From assembly GCF_004010195.1 (NCBI RefSeq), contig NC_057719.1, positions 66,398,066-66,462,065 of the forward strand: a DNA stretch of 64,000 nt. The letters are read 5' to 3'. Positions 25,775-38,320 of the stretch are shown piece after piece. The position numbers were made by a program, and so were the translations under genes. The notes beneath the pieces are model-generated. The model saw only the letters and a program-made list of their open reading frames with translations. It searched no databases and was not told the origin of the DNA. Numbering within the stretch: position 1 is the first letter of the stretch; each line of letters starts with the position of its first letter. This DNA comes from Chiloscyllium plagiosum (lineage: Eukaryota).

Positions 25775-25890
25775 AGTCAGACAGCATCCAAGGAGCAGGA
25801 GAATCGTCTGATGCTACCAGACCTGCTGTGCTTTTCCAGCACCACACTCTCGACTCTAATTTCCAGCATCTGCAGTCCACACTTTTTTGC
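25775..25890. mobile_element. Short PLE-terminus insert with an inverted segment
   Basis: 15-bp duplication cttgtcagataagta at 25760-25774 and 25891-25905. Confidence 0.75.
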
Positions 25891-26147
25891 CTTGTCAGAT
25901 AAGTAGCCCCAGCAGTTTTCTCTGCACTGGCTGCTGTTGAGCAAAGAGGTGGGGTGGCTACGGGGGGAGGCCATTGGAAGTATTTCCTGCCTCCACCAAG
26001 ATCGCAGAGCTCTTTATCCTCTCCTTCCCTCTCAAACTCAGTCGCCTCCCTCCCCGTCCCCCCTCCCCTTCCTCCAGCGTCTGCCAGCTGGTCCCTTCCA
26101 AAGTCTCCAATCTATGATCCCTTCTTCTCAAGGATTGCCTATGGTCC

Positions 26148-26730
26148 TGTTATGAACCAGGCCAGGCTCCCCTACCCCCGCTCAAAATATGTTATTGTAA
26201 AGGCAAATGCTAGGCATTGAGTTCCGAATGCAATTCGAATGGTCAAACAACCAGATTTGAAGCAAAATCTCACTTTACTCATAAACAATAGTTAAAATAC
26301 TGCAAAAAGAAGAAATTGGAATAACTTTGTTGGAAAACAGAATAATAGATTATTTAATAACTAAACAGTAACTGTTCCAATATAGTAACACAACAAAGTT
26401 ATAAAGTTGGCAAAAGGCAGATCCACGAAAACAAATTGTCCCACATATAATTCAAGCAGCAGAAAGAGAACCCCCAGTTTTTAGCCATAATGGAGAGAGA
26501 ACAAACTGCTTCCACATCCAGCTTCAAGACTCCAGCAGCTGCTACTGAAAATCTAAAACTAAAGATCCTGGTTCTGTGTCAGCTTGCCCACAGTCTGCTA
26601 CTATTGTTCCTACTTTTACAAACAACCCTAGGATTCACAGGCTGTTTACTTTATGGGTTTTCAATAGACAGCTCAGTACTACAGCTTGTCAAAAGACAAA
26701 TGCATCTCTTAAAGCCACAGTATCATGGCA
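26148..26730. mobile_element. Solo LTR (Gypsy-like)
   Basis: TGttatga...tcatggCA termini (imperfect inverted repeat); 4-bp duplication gtcc at 26144-26147 and 26731-26734. Confidence 0.65.
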
Positions 26731-26983
26731 GTCCCAGCAATGGTCACTGTCGAACCTACCAAGTCTGGGTCTCCAAGAATTGATGGCCAATCATGTTGGT
26801 GGGCTGCTCTCTAAGTGGAACTTGCTGCCATCTGGTGGTTGGATACCTTCTCTGGAATCAATTAAGGAAGGCCCCAGTGTAATAAGGTGAGCCGATTTTT
26901 CATTTGGAGGAGAGGAGAAGGGGGTGCAGGGAATACAACTCCCGGTAAAATCCAGCCCAAAGTATTTTTGAAAAGGAGTGCTG

Positions 26984-28405
26984 CAAACTCTGTGGGAAGC
27001 TCGAGAAGTGATTGCTGGGCCTCTTGCTGAGATATTTGTATCATCGATGGTCACAGGTGAGGTGCCGGAAGACTGGAGGTTGGCAAATATGATGCCACTG
27101 TTTAAGAAGGGCGGTAAAGACAAGCCAAGGAACTATAGACCGGTGAGCCTGACCTTGGTGGTGGGCAAGTTGTTGGAGGGAATCCTGAGGGCCAGAATGT
27201 GCATGTCTTTGGAAAGGCAAGGACTGGTTCGGGATAGTCAACATGGCTTTGTGCGTGGGAAATCATGTCTCACAAACTTGATTGAGGTTTTTGAAGAAGT
27301 AACAAAGAGGATTGATGGGGGCAGAGCGATAGGTATGATCTATATGGACTTCAGTAAGGCGTTCAACAAGGTTCCCCACGGGAGACTGTTTAACAAAGTT
27401 AGATCTCATGGAACACAGGGAGAACTAGGCATTTGGATACAGAACTGGCTCAAAGGTAGAGGATAGAAGGTGATGGTGGAGGGTTGTTTTTCAGACTGGA
27501 GGCCTGTGACCAGTGGAGTGCCACAAGGATCGGTGCTGGGTCCTCTACTTTTTGTCATTTACATAAATGATTTGGATGCAAGCATAAGAGGCACAGTTAG
27601 TAAGTTTGCAGATGACACCAAAATTGGAGGTGTTGTGCACAGCGAAGAGGGTTACCTCAGATTACAACAGGATCTTGACAAGATGGGTCAATGGTCTGTG
27701 AAGTGGCAGATGGAGTTTAATCCCGATAAATGCGAGGTGCTGCTGCATTTTGGGAAAGCAAATCATAGCAGGACTTATACACTTAATGGTATGGTCCTCG
27801 GGAGTGTTGCTGAACAAAGAGATCTTGGAGTGCAGGTTCATAGCTCCTTGAAAGTGGAGTCACAGGTAGATAGGATAGTGAAACCTGAAAGGGTTCAGAA
27901 AAGATTTACAAGGATGTTGCCAGGGTTGGCGGATCTGAGCTACAATGAGAGGCTGAACATGCTGCGGCTGTTTTCCCTGGAGCACGGAGGCTGAGGGGTA
28001 ACCTTATAGCGATTTACAAAATTATGAGGGGCATGGATAGGATAAATAGACAAAGTCTTTTCCCTGGGGTCGGGGAGTCCAGAATTAGAGGGCATAGGTT
28101 TAGGTTTGGAGGGGAAAGATATAAAAGAGACCTAAGGGGCAACTGTTTCACACAGAGGGTGGTACGTGTATGGAATGAGCTGCCAGAGGATGTGGTGGAG
28201 GCTGGTACAATTGCAACATTTAAGAGGCATTTGGATGGGTATATGAATAGGAAGGGTTTGGAGGGATATGGGCAGGGTGCTGGCAGGTGGGACAAGATTG
28301 GGTTTTTCCAGCACCACTCTAATCTAGATTGGGTTGGGATATCTAGTCGGCATGGACGGGTTGGACCGAAGGGTCTGTTTCCATGCTGTACATCTCTATG
28401 ATTCT
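26984..28405 (+). mobile_element. 5'-truncated CR1 LINE (RT and 3' end)
   Basis: [55 protein letters not shown]; internal deletion near 27875; CR1 tail. Confidence 0.95.
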
Positions 28406-29394
28406 AAAAGGTGAAAAATGCATTATATTGAATACAACTTGTACATAAAACTCAACATTTTTTTTTGCTGGTCTTGACAATATCTAGGAAATTGCAGCAA
28501 GAAAACCAATGCAATTGAGCCAAATTTTTTGGACCTTTTTACTCATTGAATTATCTGTCAGTAACTTATTTACTGATTGAAGACTGCAAATCCTTTCCAA
28601 CTGTATTTAATTGGATAGAAATCACTGGCCTGTCACCCATTGTTTAGATGTAAATCAAGTGCAAAACAGGCCTGATTTGCCAGTGGCCAGTATTTGCCTA
28701 CTTTAGTTATATCTTGCTAAGTTCATGTGATTCAACTTTTTGAACTCAGACATTGGATGCCTTGAATGTGTTAGGAAGAGCACTAGTAATTGTAGAAATA
28801 CTCCCTTACCCCGATTCTGAATAACGAGATGGATAATGTTCTTGAGCGAAATCTGCCCTATTTGACTTCAATTTTTCAGCAAGAGGTAGTTGGCTGTTAC
28901 TGACGCCTTGCGTGACCTAGCAAGCCACTTGATTCGAAATGTTAGGCATGGGCAATTAATACTGGCCTTCCCAGTGACAACAACATCTAGCGAATTAATA
29001 AAATCTTTATTTTAAATTATGTGTTCCTCTATTTCCAGCTTATGTTCATGCCTCCACATCTCATTCTATCATTGGTGGCCAGCCATGTGTTTCCCTGCTC
29101 TAATTGTCCACCAATTCTCTGTACTTCCCACTTTATTTAGATTCAACTTTGAAAGACTGTCACTCTGACCAGGCATTTGTTACCCTTTATTATCTTTCCT
29201 TTTTTGGTTCACATTATTTTTCCTTTCAATGTATCAAGCGCCTTGAGACATTTTCCTCATTAAAGACTCAAGATCATGATGATTTGTTGTTGATGATGAT
29301 GATACAGAATAATGCCTGAACTTATTCATCCTTTTTTTTTCCTTGGATTTCCTTTCCTGGATAAGATTATATCTTAATCAGTTGGAGGATAAAG

Positions 29395-29484
29395 TTAAAA
29401 ATCACACAACACCAGGTAATAGTCCAACAGGTTTAATTGGAAGCACACTAGCTTTCGGAGCGATGCTCCTTCATCAGGTGATTG
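29395..29484 (-). mobile_element. 90-bp PLE-type insert with intact minimal hammerhead motif (29446-29480)
   Basis: Reverse complement cac-CTGATGA-a-ggagc atc gctcc-GAAAGCTA-gtg; 17-bp duplication tcagttggaggataaag. Confidence 0.8.
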
Positions 29485-30019
29485 TCAGTTGGAGGATAAA
29501 GATTCATAACCATGTTTTGTTATGCATTGCTATTAAGGTCATAAAATGTATCAATCAATGAATAGCGATCTTCTTGCAGATTTTTACAAAACTACTCTAA
29601 TGGACTGCAACGAACATCTAAGCATTTATTATTCTTGGGGATTATGTTTAGACAAAAGATGTTTTGTTTCTGTCGATGAGAATAATTCATTCCAGCCCAG
29701 TGAACTTTAAAGGCAAAAAGCATTTGACTCAGAATTGTTTGCCAATGAAAAGAATAGTTTGCATATTTGCATACTGCATGAACAAAACTTAATGTTTCTG
29801 CAAATTGCACTGATCATGTTGTTGATAAAGCTATTGATTACTGAATTAAAAAAGGTCTTTTTGTTATGTAGTTTCAGTAGCTGTAACGTACTCCAGACAA
29901 AACCAAATATCAGCTACAGAGCTGTCAATGATAGAACCTACAAAGCCCTTTGCTATTCATTAGCTACAGCGAATCTGATATGGACTGGTAGCATAAAGCT
30001 AATGTTAGAATACAATCTT

Positions 30020-30745
30020 GCCATGTCCTCAACATTCAATGGCGTGGCTATATCCTCTACTATCCACACCATGGGAATTAACATTAACCAGAAATTGAAC
30101 TGGATCACTCATATAAATATGTGACTACAAAAGAATTCTGCAATGAGTAACTCACCTTCTGTTTTCCCAAAGCCTCTTCACCACAAAGCACAAATCAGGA
30201 GTGTGATACAATATTCTCCACTTGCTTGGATGAGTGTAGCTCCAAAAACACGCATTAAGTTTCCTGTCAATGTATCAAATGCTTTGAGACATTTTTCTTC
30301 ATTAAAGGACAAGATCACGATGATTTGCTGATGATGATACAGAATAGTGCCTAAACGTATTCATCCTTTTGATTGTTAGATTTCTTTTCCTGAACCAGCA
30401 GGCCACTTGATTGGCAGCAATGTTTACCATCAACAGGGTGTACTGCAGTAACTCACCAAGGCTCCTCAGACCGCACCTTTTAACCCCATGGTCTCTACCA
30501 CCTAGAGTGACAGGGGCAGCAGAACAACACAACCAACACCATGTTTCCTCCAAACCGCACACTATCCCAACATTCACAGTCACTGGGTCAAAATCCTGAA
30601 ATTCTGTGTTCTTTAACAGCACTGAGTGTATTTACACTCCAAGAATTGCAGCAGTATGGTTGAACAGCTCACTTCTGCAGGGTGATTGGCCAAAAATGCT
30701 TGCCTGTTCAGTGACATCCATATCCCACGAGCAAATAAAAAAAAA
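30020..30745 (+). mobile_element. LINE family B 3' fragment ending in an A-rich tail
   Basis: acattcaatggc..attaaccagaaattgaactggat, caaatcaggagtgtgat, cactgggtcaaaatcc, aataaaaaaaaa; similar to 37590-38320. Confidence 0.65.
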
Positions 30746-32099
30746 GTGATTGCTTAACATTCCTTGGGATCCTTCCAAAACTGGATCAGGAATAGGCCAT
30801 TTGGCCCATCAAACCTACTGTGCCAATTTAATAAGAATATGGCTGATTTGGTTGTGGCCTTAAATTCGCTTCCTTGCCTGGCACCACATCCCTACCTCCC
30901 CCAACAATCTTGACTCCCTTGTGAAATCAGAATTCTGTCTAACTCAGCCTAGAATATATTCAGTGACCGAGCCTTCATGCTGGGGAAGGGAATTCTGATC
31001 TCTTGAAATTCTGAGAGAAAAATAGAATCTCTCTTTATCTTCATTTTAAATGGGAGAGTCCTTCTGTCTAAAACGTGACACACCGACACTCAATGCACCC
31101 CCTCCAAGGAGAAGTGTCAGACTAATAGAAGACCAAGGGGTTCTTCAGATACAAAACCCTTTTATTTAAGATGTTTGAATTCTGAATTATTTAAATTATA
31201 GCAACAGTGTCCTGGACTTCAGTTCTGCTTGATCTAACTAGGTACAAAGGACTGGTGATTATGAATCAAGTAGAATTCATTGAGCAGAACATTATGAATA
31301 CTGAACTAGCAGTAACAACAGCACAGTATTTTTATTCCCTTCAGGGGCTTTGGGTTCCTTGAAAACACGGCGAAAGTCCACCTTCTTCAGTTTCAGAAAC
31401 AATTTTGAAATATGTCTCCGAATTAGACCCCAGAAATGTGGAGTAAGACTGCCATTAAATGCTCTGAATTTCTGGTTCTTTTTCGTAATTCCAAGGATTT
31501 CCTACGCTTTTAATCTAAACTAATTGTTTTCATTACCTAATGTATTATGTGAGCAACTGATACATTATTTCAGAAACATGACACTTGACAAAAAAAGTTG
31601 CATGCTCTTAATGATCAGAATTACTCCGACTATCAGAACTATTCAATGAAATCTTCCCAGATACTAAAACCAGTGAAAAAATGTTTTAGCACAATGTTAG
31701 GGTTCTTTCGAAATATAGACATAGTTTGTTCTACAGATAGTTTTATGTTTATAAGTTGCTTATAAACTTATGAACAGTATATATTTTGTTAAAAGACATT
31801 GCCTAAATGTTCTGATGGTCGGATATTCACGCAGAGTAAATTTTCAGTGATTAGAATTTTCACACTGAAGGTCTCGCAACTAAGTTCAGTGTGTGGTTCT
31901 CAATAATTTGCTTGTTTCTTTGAAGCTGATGAATGAGCCTTGAATTGCACCCAGTCATTAAGATGGTCAGAAAGGAGTCAGTTGGTCAGTTGGCTGGATA
32001 GCTAGTTTGCAATGTGGAGTGACACCAAAAGCACCAATTTCTTTCACAAAAAATACCTATTTGCTTGGATGTTCTCCTTTGAAAAGTTGTTTTGGAGAA

Positions 32100-32268
32100 A
32101 AGATGTGCAGGTCAGGTGAATTGCCTGTAGTGTTAGGTGCATTGGTCAGGGGTAAGTATAGGGTAGGGGAATGTGTCTGGACGGCTTATTCTTCGGAGGG
32201 TCGGTGTGGACTTGTTGGGCTAAATGGCCTCTTTCCATACTGTAGGGATTCTAATCCAATCTAATCTT
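32100..32268 (+). mobile_element. HE1-type SINE 3' half
   Basis: agatgtgcaggtcaggtgaattg...gggtcggtgtggacttgttgggc...ctaatccaatctaatc. Confidence 0.75.
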
Positions 32269-32624
32269 TGAAATCAAAAATTCACAATTTATTTTTTAAA
32301 TGAAAAGCTTTTCCTCATACTGAATTCAGAATGATGTCAGTGGGTCGTGTGAAATGCAAAATGCTGATGTAATGGCGCAGAGCAATGACTTGATAACAAG
32401 GTGAAACAATGTAAAATTGGAATTACAGATAGATGCATAGTCTGAAAAGAGACTTTAAAATGAAATGACTCAATTACTCCAGCAAGTTCCACCACACAGA
32501 TAAGGGATTGAGTTTAACATGCTGACATCTTGTTGCAGCTGATGCAAATTTCTGGGGCAAGTAAGCAGTGTGGAGGACACAGTCTACAGAAAAGATTTTG
32601 ATATGTTTTAAGCATTTGGAGTGG

Positions 32625-33692
32625 TGTCATAGAGATGTACAGCATAGAAACAGACCCTTCGGTCCAACCCGTCCATGCCGACCAGATATCCCAACCCAAT
32701 CTAGTCCTGCCTGCCAGTATCTGGTCCATATCCCTCCAAACCCTTCCTATTCATATACCCATCCAAATGCCTTTTAAATAAACCAGCCTCCACCACTTCC
32801 TCTGGCAGCTCATTCCATACACGTACCACCCTCTGTGAAAATGTTGCCCCTTACGTCTCCTTTATATCTTTTCCCCTCCCCCTTCTTCCCCCCCCTCCCC
32901 CCCCAGCCTATTCAACTTCTCCCTATAGCTCAATTCNNNNNNNNNNNNNNNNNNNNNNNNNNNNNNTACCTCTTATGCTCACATCCAAATCATTTATATA
33001 AATGGTGAAAAGTAGAGGACCCAGCACCGATCCTTGTGGCACTCCACTGGTCACAGGCCTCCAGTCTGAAAAACAACCCTCCACCACCACCCTCTGTCTT
33101 CTATCTTTGAGCCAGTTCTGTATCCAAATGCTTAGTTCTCCCTGTGTTCCATGAGATCTAACTTTGTTAATCAGTCTCCCATCGGGAACCTTGTTGAAAG
33201 CCTTACTGAAGTCCATATAGATCACACCTACTGCTCTGCCCCCATCAATCCTCTTTGTTACTTCAAAAAACTCAGTCAATTTTGTGAGACATGATTTCCC
33301 ACGCACAAAGCCATGTTGACTATCCCTAATCAGTCCTTGCCTTTCCAAATACATGTACATTCTGGCCCTCAGGATTCCCTCCAACAACTTGCCCACCACT
33401 GACGTCAGGCTCACTGGTCTATAGTTTCCTGGCCTGTCCTTACCACCCTTCTTAAACAGTGGCACCACGTTAGCGAACCTCCAGTCTTCTGGCTCCTCAC
33501 CTGTGACTATCGATGATACAAATATCTCAGGAATAGGACCAGCAATCACTTCTCTAGCTTCCCACAGAGGTCTGGAGTACACTTGATCAAATCCTGGGAA
33601 TTTATCCACCTTTACATGTTTCAAGACATCCAGCACTTCCTCCTCTGTAATATAGACATTTTACAAGGTGTCACCATCTATTTCCCTACAGT
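32625..33692 (-). mobile_element. 5'-truncated CR1 LINE spanning a 30-N gap (32937-32966)
   Basis: ORF 32923-33636 with [29 protein letters not shown]; tail at 32625. Confidence 0.93.
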
Positions 33693-33879
33693 GTCAGTTT
33701 ATAAGTGTTTTTTCAGTTTGGTTGAGTCTACCTAATTAGAAGTCCTGAATTAATTTCTTCAAACTATGTTGTTCAAATGCTTCAGCAATAACAGATACCA
33801 TCAGACAGGATTAATAAACTGAGTTATTGCATAATATCATTGCCAAATGTAAGTATAATCAATTACCATCAGGTTAGAC

Positions 33880-34305
33880 AAGATTTGGAGATGACCGTGT
33901 TGGACTGGGGTGTACAAAGTTAAAACTCTCACAACACCAGGTTATAGTCCAACAGGTTTATTTGGAAGCACTAGCTTTCAGAGCGTCGCTCCATCAGGTG
34001 GTTGTGCAGAATAAGATTGTAAGACACAGAATTTATCGCAAAAGTTTACAGTGTGATATAACTGAAATTATATATTGAAAAAGACCTGCATTGTTTGTTA
34101 AATCTCTCATCTTTTAGAATGACCATGTTCCGTTCTTTCATATGTAAATCACAAAACTTTTTTTTAAAAAGTTACATTCTCAAGTGAACTTTAACAATTG
34201 GTGTCAGTTCGGCTCAGATAATGCATAGAAGGTGTAAGCTTCCCTGTGAGGCTGTCTATGCCACAGTGGTCAGACTGATTCTAATCTAAAAAACGGATTT
34301 TTGGA
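33880..34305 (-). mobile_element. Longer PLE-type fragment (same family as 29395 and 62219); hammerhead core damaged
   Basis: gatttggagatg...gtacaaagttaaaa...caccaggttatagtccaacagg...ctagctttcagagcgtcgctccatcaggtgg, followed by ~300 bp of probable element body. Confidence 0.7.
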
Positions 34306-35269
34306 ATCAGTGCCAGGTTAGCAACACATTTATCTAACAACTAAGAACTATTTAAGTCACAAACGAAAGAATCTTAGAAGTTATGCTTATAAGAAATAGT
34401 AGACAGACTTCAGATTGGACATCCAGAACCCAGCATTCAAACAGGAAAATGCTTCCTTCTTTGGGAAAAAACAAATTTTCACATTTACTTGGGAGTTTTG
34501 CCAATATCTTTGAAAATTGCCAAATTCTGGACAGAAATGCCATATTATTTGTTATGACTTCAAATTTACAGAAAATCCCCCATAATTAAACAGATACCTT
34601 CTGCACTATCTATCTAGACTCAACCTGGGTCAGGACCATATTCCATCAGCCCTGAGGATTCCTACACACACACACAAACCTGACACTCTGAGCCTTTATT
34701 TAGTAGTTCCCTTCCCCTTGATAAAAATTGTTGTGAAAATTCTATTTCCTAATAATATGGAAACGGTTAATTTCATTGCTGTAGTCCATCTGTGTTAATT
34801 GCTTTAAGAAATAGACAGTGAATCCTTTTCAACTGGCTTGCCTCATCTCTTAGAATGACAGACCTCCATTCATAGGTTTATAGCTTCAAGCCCCAAAGTT
34901 CTGGAGGTGTTTTTGTCTCTCCCATTCCTATAGCCTGTTCTTCAAAGTTCTTTTTAAAAAAAAAACTACCAGTTAGTACAAGGATATTAGTAAAAAGATT
35001 GTAAGAAACACAGCCTTTTTTCAGTAACTATTGCTAATTACATTATCAATTACAGTTAAGTTGAGGCTACTACTCAATTCGAGTTTTTAATCAATATTTT
35101 TGAGGTTGTTATTGCAACCATGTAGTAGCATAAAATGGCTTCTTGAAAGAATGGTATATTAATACAGAAAATAATTGACACTTTCCCTTGTGAGACTAAC
35201 ATAACACATACATAACAAGTCTCTTAAAAAGACCTAGATTAACTAAATCTTAAACTAAAATCGGGAATA

Positions 35270-35865
35270 TTTAGAGGAGTGTGGCAGATGGAACATCAAG
35301 TGGAAACACATAAAGTTGACTACTTTGGTGGGAGGAATAGAGAAACACTAAATAGTGAGAGACTGGGAAATGTTGCTATTCTGAAAGATCAGGATGTCCT
35401 TCTACACAAATTGCAATGTTACCATGAATGTGCAACAAGCCATTAGGAAGCACATTAAATATTTGCCTTACTTCAAATGAAGTTGAAATATGAGTAAGGA
35501 AGTTTTACTCACCAGGACCTTGGTGAGTCCACATCTGGAGATCTGTGCATATCTCTGGTCCCTTTACATAAGGGAGGACATACTTGTCTTTGATGGAGTA
35601 CAATAAAGTTCTCAAGACTGAATCCTAAAATAAAGGGATTGTCCTTAGAGGAAAGATTGTGTTGATGTCTATACTTCCTATAGTTTTGAAGAATAAAAAG
35701 TGATACAAAGAATTATATAACAATTAAGGCGTTTTATGAGTAGATGTTGACAGGGTATTTCCCCTGGTGAGAAGGTCTGAAACTAGGGGCTGACCATTTA
35801 GGACTACAATAATAAGAAATCTCTTCCCTCAGAGTTGTGAATCTTTGAGTCTCTCCTACAGGGTG
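35270..35865 (+). mobile_element. Very old CR1-like 3' remnant
   Basis: gtggcagatggaa, ccttggtgagtccacatctggag, cagagttgtgaatcttt. Confidence 0.55.
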
Positions 35866-37589
35866 GTGGTGGTTTGAGGCCCTTAAGTGGCCATTAACCA
35901 ACCACCTAAGCACCTTAATTGCTGGAGGATTAATTACCGAGGTGATCAATTACTGAGAAAGCAAATGAGCAAGTTTCCTTCCAAGGTCAACCTGTTCAAT
36001 TATTTCCCCTTCTTACCTCTTCCAGGGAGGGGGAAAAAATAAGAAAACAGTTGGTTTTGAATTTTAAAATTGTTCTTTATCTATGATATCTTAAATTAGG
36101 TATATATCCTGTAATTGTCATGTTTAATTAGAACTCTTTTCCCTAACCCGTACTGGTGATAACATCACCACTGTATCGCTGACTCAGCCTATAAACAGGC
36201 ATGAAGTGCCCTTCTAGTGTAGTGGTAGTCTCCATACCTCTGTACTAAAAGGCCTGAGTTTGAATCCCATCTGCTCTAAAGGTGTTGTACCGTGTTTGAT
36301 TAGGTTGGTTAAAAATATCTATCCACAATCATAAGACACAATCATAAAAAATACATTTTTTTATTTTGGAAGAGTGTAACACAGAGCCTGAACATGCCAG
36401 CTGTACTTGACACTTTACACGGACAAAAAAAATGTTGAATTTACAATAGCACTATTTGCTGTATTACCAAGACCTGAAGTAATGTAATATAATTCAGAAG
36501 TACTTTCACATTATTTCCCATTTATACCGATTGCTGCATCTAGGATTGCTAAAAATGATTTTCTTGGTGATAAAAGGACTGACATTGAGTCTACTCCAGG
36601 GCGTAGGTAACAATATGAAGTACAAATCCACCTGCTGCTCCAGAATGGAAGCTCCAGGATGGAAGTTTATTGCTCTGTGCTGTTTAAATTCTGCCGGTCT
36701 TGAAAGTGATGGCATTGGCCTTGGGTCTAGCTGTTGACACCAGCTAGGTTTTGGGAATGGCTGCCAGATTGGACTTCTGACTTTGGGTGTTCTCACGAAG
36801 AAGGACTTGAGGGCAAGTCTGTGGCTGGGGATGTTGAAGCTCGGCTTGTGGAATCTAGAGGTATGCTTCTCTTGCTTTTCGTCCCATTGAAAACAACACA
36901 AATATTAAATGGAAGACTTGCTCGTTTGGGAAATTTCTGGCCCAGATCCTCTTGCTTTTTACCTTTATCTGTCATGAAAGCCACTGTGTCTTCCTACCTG
37001 AGCTGCAAAGTTAGACTTGGCATGCACACGTTCAAAATTATGAACCTTACAGCCTTGATCAAATGACCTCACCGTCTGCACATCCAGGTTAAATTTTGCA
37101 ATGCTTTTATCTGCAGTTTCTGAATGGATACAAAACCTTGACGTTTGGAACTGTCCACCCACAGAATCACGAAATTATTAAGGAGGTGGATATGTGGTCC
37201 ATCACTTCTGTACTGGCTCTTCAAATGAGCATCATTACAAAGTGCCATTCTACCTCCCATTCCCCTAACCCTGTATATTATTTCTGTTTGAATCATTGAC
37301 TGTCTTCATGAATGCCCTTGCTCTGACCCATTAGGGACAATTTACCAACAGTCAGCACACTTTTATCCTCTGGTCCATAGTCCTGATGAGTGCAAGATGA
37401 AAAGTTTCACTGGCATCTCACTTTCCAGCAATATTCAAATACAAAACTTTTGCTTTTTGATCTTTGAAACAATATGTTCATGTTATGCAAATAAATACTT
37501 GTATCGAGTAGGAGAACTGCTTAGGTTGAATAAATCTGAGAAGTGATCCTTCATAGCACAGAGCAAAAGGTGTTACAGGTGCAGATATA

Positions 37590-38320
37590 AGAGAGTCCAA
37601 CCATCTCCCCTTGACATTGAATGACATTACTATCACTAAATTTTCTACTATTAATATCCTGAAGGTTACCATTGGCCAGGAACTGAACTAGAAGAGCTAT
37701 CGAACAATGGCAGGTCAGAGACTAAGAGGTTTATGTCCGCCCCTCCGAAGGAAAGACAAATGAAATGAGTTTAGATCTGTATCATCATTTGCAAATTTAA
37801 TTAGCTTTTTTTTAATTCTAGTTATTAATTTCCCCAAAGCCTGTATATTGTCTATAAAGTGCAAATCAGGAATTTGGTGGAATACATCACACTAGTTTGG
37901 ACACCAAAGATAGTCAAAAGGCTCAACACCATCTAGAACAAAGTACCATTTTATTAGCATCCCATCCACCACCTTAAGCATTCACTCCTTTCTCCACTGA
38001 TGCACAGTGGCAACCAAGGTCCCTGAATGCCATCTTCAAGCCCATGACTTCTACCACCTAACAGGACAAGGACAGCAGATGCCTGAATACACTACCACCT
38101 ACAAATTCTCCTCCAAGCCACACACATCGACTCGGAATTGAATTACTGTTCCTTCAATCTCACTGGATCAAAACTCTGGAAATCCTTCCCAACAGCACTG
38201 AGAGTGTACCTACACCCCCAACGGATGAGGCTCACCATCACCACCACCTCACAGAAAATGAGGGATGGGCAATAAACACTGGCCTAGTCAGCAATGGCCA
38301 CGTCTGACGAACAACTGAAA
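37590..38320 (+). mobile_element. LINE family B 3' fragment
   Basis: ccatctccccttgacattgaatgacattactatcac...gagggatgggcaataaacactggcc. Confidence 0.65.

Noticed and set aside
25954..26220. Proline-rich ORF as the formin FH1 exon
   Set aside because: Too short, out of exon order, runs into the solo LTR and lacks FMN1 similarity
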